DNA of 64,000 nucleotides from Selaginella moellendorffii (lineage: Eukaryota; Plantae; Lycopodiophyta): NCBI RefSeq assembly GCF_000143415.4, contig NW_003314347.1, positions 124,001 through 188,000 of the forward strand. Reading direction: 5' to 3'. The notes beneath the pieces were generated by a model. It was not told the DNA's origin. It worked only from the letters and a program-made list of their open reading frames with translations, and made no database searches. Within the stretch, counting starts at the first letter, position 1; each line of letters starts with the position of its first letter. Of this stretch, positions 12,971-25,124 are shown piece by piece. The position numbers and the translations under genes are program-made.

Positions 12971-14774
12971 ATGGCGATGGCGGTGGCGCCCAGCGCCTCC
13001 GACTCCGATCTCGCCTTCCAAATGCAGATGAACGAGGCGCTGGCGGCATCGATGGGCATTGACACGCTGGATGATCGCGGAAAAGGTGAGAAGACGGCCG
13101 GATTTTGGCAGATGGTGATACTGGTTTCTCGTTTCTAGCTGGATGGAGGAGCAAGCTCCTGGGCGTGGAGGGCGACGCGGCGCTGGCAATTCGCGTCCAG
13201 GAAATGGAGCTGGAGGCGCTCCAGAAGCAGGAGGAGGATCGCGGCAAAGCGGCCAAGCTGCTCAAAGCGCTCAACGAGAGCGCGGACCAGCTGCTCCACG
13301 ACGAGGCAATGGCTCGCGAGATCGATGAGATGGACGAGGGGGAGTGGGAGGAGAATGGTGACTTGTACGAGCGGCCTTTCCAGTCGGGGATCACGGGGAC
13401 GTTCTTCCGGGTTTTTTTCAAAGGCTACTCGGTTTCCGAGGGTGGTGTGATCGTCGGTGCCGCTCTTGGTGGATCGATCATGGATTCCAGTGGAAACGAG
13501 CTCCTCCAGCTCAAGAGATACGTCGCAACTCCCACCGGGAAGAACGTCGCGCAGTACTATGCTCTCGTTGACGTTCTCAAGTCGGCTCAGTCCATGGGAG
13601 CTCGCAAGATCATTGCTTACACGGACTCTCGCCCTCTCAATAACCAGGTGGGGGTTCTTCTTTTCTTTCGCCAACTTTCCTGATTCAGACGCTTCGTTTC
13701 TTTTTCTTTCCTAGATCAAGGGATATTGGAGCGTCTCTACAAAGGCTATGAAGGCCGAGTATGACAAGGCAATCGGGCTCATCGATAGTTTCGAGTCGTT
13801 TGATATCAACCTTGCCCTCCACGGAGAGAACTGGCCAGCAGACAATCTAGCAAAGTCGGTCTCGATCAGCCAGAGGCAAAACACGGCTTCCAGCAGCAGG
13901 TCCATGTTTCACTGCGTCATTTGCCTCGAGGACGTCCAGGATGCGGACATTTACACTCTCACCGAGTGCTCTCACAAGTTTTGCTCATCGTGCGTGAAGC
14001 AGCACGTCGAGGCTACAGTGACAACCGGGCGGACTTTCCCGGTGGCTTGCCCGCAAGTCGAGTGCACGAAGAAGTTCACCGAGGGCGAGTGCAAGAAGCT
14101 GCTGTCCGAGGTGGCTCTCAAAGTTTTCATGAAGAAGATAGAGGAGGAGCGCATCCCTGATGCGGAGAGAGTCTATTGCCCGTATCCAAACTGCTCGGAC
14201 TTGATGGATAGAAGGACTTTCCTCGACCCCAAGCCCCGGAAGTTGTGTGGAGCTTGCCACAGATACTTCTGCCTCGACTGCCGAGTTCCCTGGCATACAT
14301 TCTCGACTTGTGCTGGATACCAGCGGCTGCCTCTCGACTTAAAAGATGCCGCAGACGCAAAGCTCTACAGGCTCGCGGAGAACCAGAACTGGAGGCAGTG
14401 CAAGCAGTGTAGGCGGATGATTGAGCTCTTGGAAGGGTGCTACCACATGACTTGCAGGTATGATTTTTCTGCCTCGTTCTTTTTCTTGTGAATGATACTC
14501 GGTGTTCTGGTGCTATAGGTGTGGCTGCGAGTTTTGTTATACCTGTGGCATGGAGTACCGGAATAAGATACAAATGTGCACCTGCAACCTCTGGGACGAC
14601 CGCTACATTATTAGAGAGGAAGAAGAGTTCTCGGACGATGGAAGCGGCAGTGACGTCGAAATGGATCTTCGCGACCCGTTCTACAAGACGCAGCTCTGTA
14701 GATACTTCGCCAACGGGCACTGTCGTCATGGAGTCAACTGCAGGTTTGCTCACGGTAATCACGAGCTGAGATAA
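12971..14774 (+). CDS. RBR (RING1-IBR-RING2) E3 ubiquitin ligase with an RNase H-like domain and a C-terminal CCCH zinc finger
   Basis: Exons 12971-13085, 13139-13647, 13715-14457, 14519-14774. Motifs CVICLED…CSHKFCSSC, YCPYPNC…CGACHRYFCLDCRVPWH, CKQCRRMIELLEGCYHMTCRCGCEFCYTC, and YKTQLCRYFANGHCRHGVNCRFAHG. Confidence 0.9.
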
Positions 14775-14910
14775 AAACTTTATACTTTTTTTTGGTCCTG
14801 GAGAAGAATAGAGTTCTAGGAGTGAGTCAAGGCCAGGTTTTTAGATTTAGGAGGAACTCTCAAGGCCAGGTTTTTAGATATCGGAGCTTAGTGGAGAGGA
14901 AAGGCATTCT

Positions 14911-15303
14911 ATGGCGCAGGAAAATCCCAAGAGCGTACTGAAGCACGTATTGCTGGCGAGATTCAAGCCCGAGATCTCGGAAGAAGAGGTTGCATCTCTG
15001 ATTGCTGGTTACGAGGCGCTTCCACAGTCGATTGAAGCGATGAAAGGCTTTGAGTGGTATGTATCTTCCTTTCTTTTCCTTCTCATCCAACCTCTTTTTT
15101 GGGACAGGGGCACCGATGTGAGCGTGGAGAACCTCCACCAGGATTTCACTCATGTTTTCACCTCCACTTTCGAGTCTCCGGAGGGGCGAGATGCGTACCT
15201 TGTCCATCCCGCGCACACGGCCTACGCAAATAAACTCCTTCCGGCCCTGGACAAGGTGATCGTTTTGGATTTCCACCCAAAGGTTGTTTGTCATCGCAGC
15301 TGA
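14911..15303 (+). CDS. Stress-responsive A/B barrel (Dabb, HS1-like) protein
   Basis: LKHVLLARFK…FEW|GTDVSVENLHQDFTHVFTSTF…YLVHPAH…KVIVLDF, with a 51-nt intron at 15057-15107. Confidence 0.9.
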   Translation: MAQENPKSVLKHVLLARFKPEISEEEVASLIAGYEALPQSIEAMKGFEWYVSSFLFLLIQPLFWDRGTDVSVENLHQDFTHVFTSTFESPEGRDAYLVHPAHTAYANKLLPALDKVIVLDFHPKVVCHRS

Positions 15304-15309
15304 ACCAAA

Positions 15310-16050
15310 GCTGTTCAATCTAAAAGCTTTCCAAGTTTTTCCTAGCGCCCTGGGTGCTCGAGAACAAGACGTAAGGTGCCGAGTTCTCTGGATCCAACTT
15401 GAGACCTTTATCGGCAGCTCTCGCCGCCGCCTCGACATTCCCGTGAGCTTTGCAAGCGCTCAGGTACGCCATTCATCCAATGCCACTGGAGATCCCGTCC
15501 GTCAAAGCCTCTCCCTCGTAGAGCTGTCCCAGCCGTCCGAGCAGATCAACGGCACACGCGTAGTGATCTTTCTCGAGGCAAACTCCATGGTAGCCTTGCA
15601 TGGAACCCAAGAAAAACATTGTTTTAGAGAGCTTGCCTGGTTGCAAGCCGAGAGAACGTTGGTATGCTCTTGAGGGTCATTCTCAAGAACAAGTCTAGAG
15701 TGTCCCATGGTGAGCATAGGCCGTATTCCACGACTCTGTATCCCATAATTGGAAGTCCTTGAAGATCTTTCTTGCGTTGCTGAGATGACCACACTGGTAG
15801 CAACGCATTTTGGATCCTGGTCCTGAGACACGATCTATAGTCACTTAGCATGCTTGCGTGAACGAGTTTTACAGTGCATCAAACACGACTATGCTCATAA
15901 GGTTAGGGAGGTAGCGGATATGCCTGGTGCAAGCGTCATAGTCCTTTCCTCTTGGAAAGAGAATGAAAGACGTTCTTAACAATATCATGGATGCCATGAG
16001 AAGGTTGGCAAAATCGGATTGAGAAAGATAACTATTCCTTGCCAATAAGT
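15310..16050 (-). pseudogene. Internally deleted PPR pseudogene, paralogous to 18488-20206
   Basis: 15290-15880 closely matches 18468-19090 but carries deletions and frameshifts. A remnant of the N-terminal segment (YLSQSDFANLL) lies near 16000-16040. Confidence 0.85.
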
Positions 16051-17338
16051 TCAGGTGAAAGATTATCACCAAAGTAGAGAGTCAAAAGGTTATATATTAT
16101 TATGAATTCTTACCACCAAAAATCTATGATTAAATACATTTTATTTTTCAGGGAAAGTATAGAAGCATTTGCTTTGCATTGCAGGTAGCGCTTAATAGTA
16201 GTGTTATTTTTATTTACTAATCCAGTTGATTAAATGAAAGTTTATAATTATAAATATGTTTATAATGTATTTAAACACAAGATTAATTTTATTGAATATC
16301 AAGAATATAATAGGAAGTGTTTAGGAAAATTTATAAATTATAAATACAAGATTAATCTAAATGAATAACAACCGTTAGCTGGTAGAATATTCAAGCATAT
16401 TCTAGGTATGTCCTACAGGTTTGCTTAAGCAAACCAAAAATCAAGTAAAAAATCAAGTAAAACATATAAGTGAACAATTGAATAAAGTTGAGATTTGTTT
16501 AATAAATTTTTTTAATGACTTCAGTTATGTAGAGAATAATGTGTAAGTAAAACAATAGAATTTTCTTTTCTAGTTATTTAATTTTAAATAAGAAATAATA
16601 CGTGTAACTGGTGCTTATTTATAATAGTTCTAGATTTTAAAAGAATTAAAGAAAGCAAATGATATAGAAAAATCACATCCTAGAAAATACTTGGATATTT
16701 TAAGAATATTCATTACCCTTGCAAGGCCCCCAATGAACTTGCTGCAAATGAAGACGGTGGGCACAACCTGCAAATTGCCCATTATCCGGGCCAGGTTATG
16801 CTTTTTTCTGGTGGAAGAATTGCATCAAATCTAATCTGAAGCTAAGTCTTCTTAGAGTAATTTAATGGAAGTTTTTTATGCTTAATTTGTCAAGAAGTTT
16901 GAAGAGGTTGGCCTAGGGTTTGCTCCCTATTCATTTCATAAGAGTATTCATTGTCATATAATTATTCATAAAATGACAAAAACATATTGTACAATGTAGA
17001 ATATATTTTATAGAGCTGATGGAACATAATTTTAGTAAACATTGAGGTAATAAGAGTATTATATTATTATTTATATAGATGGGGAAAGTCTCTAAGTATT
17101 AAAAGAAAAATATTAGATTATTAAAATTATCTATGCTAAGATGCACAAGGAAGAAATATTCTTTTGTTACTAAATCAAATACTAATACAATTTTCATATA
17201 TAGTAAAATTGAAAAGACAGGCACTAATCCAAGCTAAACTAAATACTCATAAATAAACACAAATTTATTTATAAAATATACTTATTTATATTATTATTGA
17301 AGATAAAAAATATCAATTAAAACTAAAACCTGTAATTG

Positions 17339-18262
17339 CTACATTTTAGAACTCCATATGCAAACTTGAGCTTGATAATCATTTATAGCCACTTGTCCTG
17401 TATTTTCAACACATACCATTAATGTTAGCCAACAATATCCATTACATCTCACACCTGAATTCCATAATGCTCCATTTATAGATGTATAAATAACCAAGTT
17501 ACCATTCATATGAAATGTAAGGTGACAAGACCATCCTCTTGGCTTAGATGATTTAGTTGACCATATAGCATAGTTTGGAGTATGAGTTATTCCTTCATAA
17601 AGTACAAGATTACAATCATCTTGCATAACAAGATAATATTGACCATTAGGTGATATAAGCATTCTGTTGGTTTTTAATGTTGATATTCCAGAAAGATATG
17701 GTCCAGTTTTCAAGCATGATCTAAAAAGCCAACAATCAGGTCCAGAATAACCATCATCATTTTGATACAAAGCCAAACTTGAGTATTTTGAAACATTAAA
17801 CATGTACTCTTGGATTTGAAATTCCTCATTACTAATTGAATAGCTTATGGTATATCTTCCATGTGTTATTTCTACTGTACCATAATTACTAATGTCTTGA
17901 GCAGCCAATAATCTATATAATCTCTCAAAGTTATAACGCAAACTTAATCCTGGTTGCATTACACCCCAAGATGGAAATATACTACACATCATATTTGAAT
18001 ACCATGGACCATCCAGATGACCACATCTTATAGATACCTCTAATAGTCTATTATTAAATTTTAAAATGTTTGCTAAAACCATTTCTCTATAATATGGTTG
18101 ATTACCAGGTATTCTTCTTATTTCTTTCAAAATAAGATCTAAAATAAACTTTTGAGGTAATATGGAATTTGGATTTTCTCGAAATAACTGCATACCAAAG
18201 CATGAACTTAGTAAAAGCAAAAAGTAACAGCTTAGAAGAGTAATATCTTTCCTCAGATCCAT
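17339..18262 (-). CDS. Secreted protein with a C-terminal bulb-type (GNA/B) lectin domain; very AT-rich
   Basis: Signal-peptide-like N-terminus; LISPNGQYYLVMQDDCNLVLY (QxDxNxVxY site), HMNGNLVIY, IWSS; intact 307-aa intronless ORF. Confidence 0.8.
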   Translation of the reverse strand: MDLRKDITLLSCYFLLLLSSCFGMQLFRENPNSILPQKFILDLILKEIRRIPGNQPYYREMVLANILKFNNRLLEVSIRCGHLDGPWYSNMMCSIFPSWGVMQPGLSLRYNFERLYRLLAAQDISNYGTVEITHGRYTISYSISNEEFQIQEYMFNVSKYSSLALYQNDDGYSGPDCWLFRSCLKTGPYLSGISTLKTNRMLISPNGQYYLVMQDDCNLVLYEGITHTPNYAIWSTKSSKPRGWSCHLTFHMNGNLVIYTSINGALWNSGVRCNGYCWLTLMVCVENTGQVAINDYQAQVCIWSSKM

Positions 18263-18487
18263 AAATCTTAAGTATTTAAGGTTATTAAATAAATAAAGTA
18301 ATTTATACTTCCAATTTAAGTTATCTTTTATGAAGAAGACAAAATGATTATATATAGTTTTTATACATTTGTATTTTTGTTTAAAGTTTTGTAGTGTATA
18401 CTAGGATATTCTAATGGAATTAACTTTTTCTGCCTTGAGTTTCTGAGGTTGTTTGTCATCGCTAAGTTAGGACCAAAGTATTTCAAT

Positions 18488-20206
18488 CTAAAAGCTTTCC
18501 AGAGTTTTACTGGCTCCCTGGGTGCTCGAGAACAAGACATAAGGTGCCGAGTTCTCTGGATTCAGCTTGAGAACTCTATCAGCAGCTCTCGCTGCCGCCT
18601 CAACATTCCCGTGAGCTTTGCAAGCGCTCAGGTACGCCATCCATCCAATGCCACTGGAGATCCCGTCCGTCAAAGCCTCTGCCTCGTGGAGCTGTCCCAG
18701 CCGTCCGAGCAGATCGACGGCACACGCGTAGTGGTCTTTCTCGAGGCAAACTCCATGGTCGCCTTGCATGGAAGCCAAGAAAAACATCGCTCTGGAGAGC
18801 TTGCCTGCATGGCTGCAAGCAGAGAGAACGTTTGTGAAAGTTATTGCATTGGGTGGTATGCCCTCTAGGTTCATTCTCAAGAACAAGTCTAGAGTGTCGT
18901 GGATCTGCCCGTGGCGGGCATAGGCTGTGAGAATCCCATTCCACGACACTTTATCCCTTGATCTCATGTCCTCGAAGATCTTTCTCGCTTCTCTGAGATG
19001 ACCACACTGTCCATACATGTGAACCAGCGCATTTTGGATCTTGGTGCTAAGATAATATTTATAGTCACTTAGCAAGCTTGCGTGAACGAGTTTTCCTTCG
19101 TCCACAGCGAGGACACTCCCACAAGCGTCGAGAGCACTGATGAAACAAGCCTCGTCCAGTGTAAATCCCTCCAGGTCCATGCAAACGAAAACTCGAAACC
19201 CTTCCTTGCCATGCCCGCTCTGGACATATGCGACCAGCAGAGCAGTCCACAAAACAACGTCTTTGCTTTCAGCACTGTCAAAAATCTCTCTTGCCCGATC
19301 AAACTCTCTCGATCTACTGTACATGTTTAGCAGCGAAGTTGCCACCATCAGGTTTGAATCGTATCCACTTTGAGCAGCAAAACTGTGAATCAGTCGACCA
19401 ACCGTTAGATCTCCAGCGTCACCACAAGCTTCCAACACGCTCACAAAGTTAGCGTCGTCGGGCTTGACACCTTCGACGCTCATGAGCTGGAACAGCCGGA
19501 TCGCCAAATTGGAATGCCCGTTCTGGGCATATGCAGCCATCATGGCATTCCATGTCACCTCGTTTTTGGTCCGCATCACATCAAACACAGCCTTGGCCTC
19601 TCCAATATTTCCACATTTTCCATACATGTCGACCAGCGCAGTTCCCACTCGAACGTCACAAAGAATGAAAGTGGAATCAATGCTCTTGTGAACACTCTTG
19701 CCTTGTTCTAAGGCATTGCAACTGGAGAATCCATCCAGAATGCTAATCAGCGTAATTTCATTCGGTCGAATCCCTTCCTGATCCATGAGCTTGAATATGC
19801 AAAAGGCTTCTTTGGAATTCCCAGCTTGAGAGTATGCAGAAATCATTGAGTTCCATGAAACAACATTCTTGAGTGTCGAGGGCATTTTGTCAAAGATATC
19901 TCTCGCCTCGCGGATATGCCCGTTCTGGGCATATGCGGCAAGCATGATAGTCCAGGAGAAAACGTTCCTCTTAGAGATTGAATCGAAGACGTTTTTAGCA
20001 TCGCTGATGCTGTTGCACTTCCCGTACATGCGTATAAGAAGGTTGGCAAAGAATGAATCGGATTGAGAAAGATATCCTGCCTCCAGAAGGCTTTGGTGGA
20101 GTTTCCTGCCTGTTGTGATTGACTTGCACTGACTGAGCAAAGCTTCATATGATCTTTTCTCAGTTTTCTCATGACAAACATCCACAAGGCTATTCCTCGA
20201 TAGCAT
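18488..20206 (-). CDS. PLS-class PPR protein with E domain
   Basis: 572-aa intronless ORF of PPR repeats ending HYACAVDLLGRLGQL…WMAYLSACKAHG…APYVLFS. Confidence 0.93.
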   Translation of the reverse strand: MLSRNSLVDVCHEKTEKRSYEALLSQCKSITTGRKLHQSLLEAGYLSQSDSFFANLLIRMYGKCNSISDAKNVFDSISKRNVFSWTIMLAAYAQNGHIREARDIFDKMPSTLKNVVSWNSMISAYSQAGNSKEAFCIFKLMDQEGIRPNEITLISILDGFSSCNALEQGKSVHKSIDSTFILCDVRVGTALVDMYGKCGNIGEAKAVFDVMRTKNEVTWNAMMAAYAQNGHSNLAIRLFQLMSVEGVKPDDANFVSVLEACGDAGDLTVGRLIHSFAAQSGYDSNLMVATSLLNMYSRSREFDRAREIFDSAESKDVVLWTALLVAYVQSGHGKEGFRVFVCMDLEGFTLDEACFISALDACGSVLAVDEGKLVHASLLSDYKYYLSTKIQNALVHMYGQCGHLREARKIFEDMRSRDKVSWNGILTAYARHGQIHDTLDLFLRMNLEGIPPNAITFTNVLSACSHAGKLSRAMFFLASMQGDHGVCLEKDHYACAVDLLGRLGQLHEAEALTDGISSGIGWMAYLSACKAHGNVEAAARAADRVLKLNPENSAPYVLFSSTQGASKTLESF

Positions 20207-21399
20207 CCAACGGTTACCCCTTTTGAATTAAGAGTTTTGATTTAATATTTTTAATCTAGTAGGAGCTGTGCATCCAGGGTGAAGCATATCTGCGGTTGCT
20301 ACTCTTGAATAGAATACTTAGAAGCTAATGCTTCTGATGGATCTTACTGCAAATGTAATGTTATCCCTTGCAGTGAAAGTCAATACAAACCTTTTGACAA
20401 TTTAGCTGTGGTGGCAAATTCTCAAACAGGCAATGGTCAATCCTTCCTCGTTAAGGTTTCTACGAGCTTGCATAAATTTTTGTGCAAAGATGATTATATA
20501 TATATATATGCTTGCAGACGCTCTTGTGGCTGAAATACTCGGCTGGCATCCTTGGTTTGCTGTGGCAGTTCTCACAGTATGTAGGTTCCAAGCTGCAACA
20601 TGCTTGAGCAGCGAATTTGTCTTTCAAAATTGGATAGAAAACCTCTTGAATACTGCATATGTGCCATGGATCTTCCATTAAAAGGATCCTGCCTTTCTCC
20701 ATTTGCAATTCCCTTTGTAATATGAAACAACTTTTGATGATCTGCAGACATCATTAAAATAATTCTTCTACTCTTAACCACCTGATCATTCATCTGATGT
20801 GTCTCACATAAAAGACATGTGCACAATCTCCTCATATCATTTTGGCCAACCATATTTTGCAGCTGCACCATGATAACACTCTTAAGAAGTCTCACCTCTT
20901 TTGTTTGTGGCAACAGCAATACTAAATGCTCACTCTAACAAACATAAGAGAGATACTGTGGTTTGTAGAACTTGCAAGTTACTATTAAAGGTTTATTGAG
21001 GGATTTGCTAGGGGTTCAAAATGCATAGTAGATATAACTGACCAACTTGAAATTTCTTGTTAAATGTATTTGTTTTTGTTCTGCATTTGCTTTAATCCCA
21101 AGTTTAGTAGTTGGTAGAGTACTTATATTTTTTATGTTATGTTGAAATAGCATTAACCTTCGTTTAGCATTATTTTGTGTACTAATTTTAATATCAAGAT
21201 GCTAAAAGCTTTAGAATTGTTCCAATGTTGCACCACTCTGGTGTTTTACACTCAAGAGTTTTGTTTTGTTTTGGCTTAAAGCTCTAAAACTTAAGTTTTA
21301 CTTTGTTGCCCTGATAATATTATATTAAAGTGAATTGCAAACAAGCTAACATTTTGTTGAAAAGTTCCTCAAATAGATGATAATTTTAGCAAAGTATGA

Positions 21400-22620
21400 C
21401 TCTGAGTTTAATTTTAAAAAAAACATTTAAGATTGGCTAAAGCTTTGAATTATAAAATACTTCTAGAGCAAGAAGAGATCAAAAGAAAAAGATGATGAAG
21501 TCTTAACAATAAGTGTTAATATGGAAAAATATTGAAATATTTATAAGTTTTTAAAATCAATGAATTTTCTAAAAGGTTGAAAATGTGCTAAGAGGAAGAT
21601 CATATGTAAGTCAAAACCATTCAGATTAATAAGTGATTAACTTTATTGAGTTGGACGAGACAACATGCTTCAAATAACAATTAGACAGAACGAACAAAAG
21701 GAAATCATGAGGCATTGCTATGAAAGATAATATAGTGAACACTCCTTCTATAATTATATAGCTAAGAATGCAAAATTTCTAGCTAACATTATTTTAGAAC
21801 ATGAATTAATGGTAAAGATCATATCATATTTGTCAAGTATTTGGAAGAAGAATCCCTCAATTCAACTAGAAGGTCTTCATTCAATTTTGTTGACAATACC
21901 ATTTGAAAAATGGGGGATAGATTCCAATTCTTATAGTGGTATCACATTAAAAAAGCCTTATCTCAAAGGTAATAGACTACTTTACTAAATGGGTTAAAAC
22001 AATAACAATTAAAACCAACGTAAAAGGAAGTTATGATAAACTTTTTTGTCCAAAATGTATGTATAGCATTTGGTTGCTTGTTAGAGATTGTTATTGACCA
22101 AAGCTCATATTTATTCAATGAAGTAGTTAAAACACTAATGAGGAAGCTATTGATTAAATATCAATAGTCAATATCATACTATTCACAAGCTAATTGGTTG
22201 GTGAAAAGAATAAATAATGTATTGTGCAATATTCTAGAAAAATTGATTTTTGAAAAAAAGGAAATTGGGACAAAATAATTACTATATCATTATAAATTTA
22301 TAAAACCACACACAAAGTAATAACAAAGTTCACTCCTTTTCAATTAATTTATAGGACATAAAATATAATTTCAATTGAGTTAGAAATCCCAAGTTTATGA
22401 TTAGGGTTGAAGTATGAACTAAGAAGGACTTGCAATTAAGGCTCATTCAACTTAAAATGATGAATAAAAGTTAACATCACGCTTTTTAACATATGAAATG
22501 ATTCATAGTAAAGAAAACACAGATTTGATAAAGAATCTGTAAAAGCTTTCCTAAGTTGGCAATTTGGTTTTGTTGAATAGTACACCAAATCCATAAAAAT
22601 AACTTGCCACTGTGCTCACT
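21400..22620 (+). mobile_element. Heavily decayed Ty3/Gypsy integrase remnant
   Basis: Broken frames give IPFEKWGID, VIDYFTKWVKTI, FGCLLEIVIDQSS and YYSQANWLVKRINNVL. Many stops; AT-rich. Confidence 0.78.
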
Positions 22621-23398
22621 CAGTTAGCTTCCAAAGATCACCACTATTATTTGGTATTAGAAAAATTATCAAGTTTATTTTGTATAGAATCATACTCTTC
22701 TTGAAATTTTTAGAGTTCCTTAGATTTTAAAACAAAAAGACACACCAAAACCAAGAATCCCTACAAAATGTGCAAGTCCACATCCTATATTGGTGATTAA
22801 CTCTTTGATCAAGTATTATAAATTTCTACAACAACTCTACACTTTCTTATAAAATTGTAATCAAATTTTGACCAAGTCATGGTAATTACTGATGACATGT
22901 GAAATAATATCAAATGACATCTTACACTCTCTAAATAAGTATTAGAGTAACTTTGATCCATGCCTTCATATAAAACGCCACTATAACACCAAGTAAAACA
23001 AGAAAATTAATAAACTTTATAGAATGGTGGAAAAAGCTGTTGAAAGTTTAAAAATACCAAATTTTTCTTATATTATTGTGCTCTAAATTCCAATATTTTA
23101 TATTTTAAAGAACTTACTAACTAGATCCCTCCCTAAAACCTTATAATTACTCATACTCCAAAGTTTAACAGTTTATATTTAAAACTTTCTATCTTGCACT
23201 AGAATGTGGATGGTGTAATGAGTTTGATTTTCTTATATTAAATTTTCAATTTCAATTTAATATGAACAAAGCATAAGAGGTTATACATTTCCTCAACCAA
23301 ATAAAGTAATAACAATATATACTTTGGCTTGTTTTAATCTGTTCAGGAAAAGTGAAACTAGTGGAATACCGCCTGGCAGTGAAGAATCCTAGCAAAGA

Positions 23399-25124
23399 AT
23401 GGCGATGGCGGTGGCGCCTAGCGCCTCCGACTCCTTGCCTTCCAAATGTCGATGGGCGATGCGCTCGTTGTAGTTGTCCTCCATTGCTTGCTTCTGTTTG
23501 TGTTTGGGCGGATGGTTTCTCGTTTCTTGCTCGGCCTAGCTGGATGGAGGAACAAGCTCCTGGGCGTGGAGGACGACGCGGCGCTGGCAATTCGCGTCCA
23601 GGAGATGGAGCTGGAGGCGCTCCAGAAGCAGGAGAAGGATCGCGAGATAGCGGCCAAGCTGCTCAAAGAGCTCAACGAGAGCGCGGACCAGCTGCTCCAC
23701 AACGACGCCATGGCTTCCAGTCGGGGATCACGGGGACGTTCTTCCGGGTTTATTTCAAAGGCTACTCGGTGTCCGAGGGTGGTGTGATTGTTGGTGCCGC
23801 TCTTGGTGGATCGATCAGGGATTCCAGTGGAAACGAGCTCCTCCAGCTCAAGAGATACGTCGCAACTCCCACCGGGAAGAACGTCGCGCAGTACTATGCT
23901 CTCGTTGACGTTCTCAAGTCGGCTCAGTCCATGGGAGCTCGCAAGATCATTGCTTACACGGACTCTCGCCCTCTCCATAACCAGGTTGGTTGTTCTTCTC
24001 TTCTTTCGCCAACTTTCCTGATTCAAACGCTTCGTTTCTTTTTCTTTCCTAGATCAAGGGAGATTGGAGCGTCTCTACGAAGGCTATGAAGGCCGAGTAT
24101 GACAAGGCAATTGGGCTCATCGATAGTTTCGAGTCGTTTGATATTAACCTTGCGCTCCACGGAGAGAACTGGCCAGCAGACAATCTAGCGAAGTCGGTCT
24201 CGATCAGCCAGAGGCAAAACACGGCTTCCAGCAGCAGGTTCATGTTTCACTGCGTCATTTGCCTCGAGGACGTCCAGGAGGCGGACATTTACACTCTCAC
24301 CGAGTGCTCTCACAAGTTTTGCTCATCGTGCGTGAAGCAGCACGTCGAGGCTACAGTGACAACCGGGCGGACTTTCCCGGTAGCTTGCCCGCAAGGCGAG
24401 TGCACGAAGAAGTTCACCGAGGGCGAGTGCAAGAAGCTGCTGTCCGAGGCGGCTCTCAAAGTTTTCATGAAGAAGATAGAGGAGGAGCGCATCCCTGATG
24501 CGGAGAGAGTCTACTGCCCGTATCCAAACTGCTCGGACTTGATGGATAGAAGGACTTTCCTCGACCCCAACCCCCGGAAGTTGTGTGGAGCTTGCCACAG
24601 ATACTTCTGCCTCGACTGCCGAGTTCCCTGGCATACATTCTCGACTTGTGCTGCATACCAGCGGCTGCCTCTCGACTTAAAAGATGCCGCGGACGCAAAG
24701 CTCTACAGGCTCGCGGAGAACCAGAACTGGAGGCAGTGCAAGAAGTGTAGGTGGATGATTGAGCTCTCGGAAGGGTGCTACCACATGACTTGCAGGTATG
24801 GTTTTTCTGCCTCGTTCTTTTTCTTGTGTACGATACTTGGTGTTCTGGTGCTATAGGTGTGGCTACGAGTTTTGTTATACTTGTGGCATGGAGTACCGGA
24901 ATAAGATACAAATGTGCACCTGTAAGCTTTGGGACGAACACTACATTATTGGAGAGGAAGAAGATTTCTCGGACGATGGAAGCACCAGTGACGAAATTCA
25001 TGACCCGTTCTACAAGACACGGCTCTGTAGATACTTTGCCAACGGGCACTGTCGTGATGGAGTCAACTGCAAGTTTGCTCACGGTTTTATTGATATGTTT
25101 TTTTCCAGGTTGGCATTAAACTAA
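23399..25124 (+). pseudogene. Second RBR-CCCH E3 ligase copy; 5' part frameshifted, RING-IBR-RING-CCCH part intact from 24086
   Basis: Near-identical to 12971-14774, but exon 1 is disrupted and a deletion near 23712-23716 shifts the frame. Confidence 0.82.

Noticed and set aside
15057-15107. In-frame stop-free introns (Dabb 51 nt; TRB 39650-39715)
   Set aside because: Expected by chance with such short introns; no evidence of regulated retention
20280-20920. Cys/His-rich broken ORFs upstream of the PPR
   Set aside because: Possibly a decayed gene or TE, but I cannot assign a family
22881-22910. Hammerhead-like CTGATGA…GAAA core
   Set aside because: Stem II cannot form properly and there are no convincing stems I and III; likely chance in AT-rich DNA
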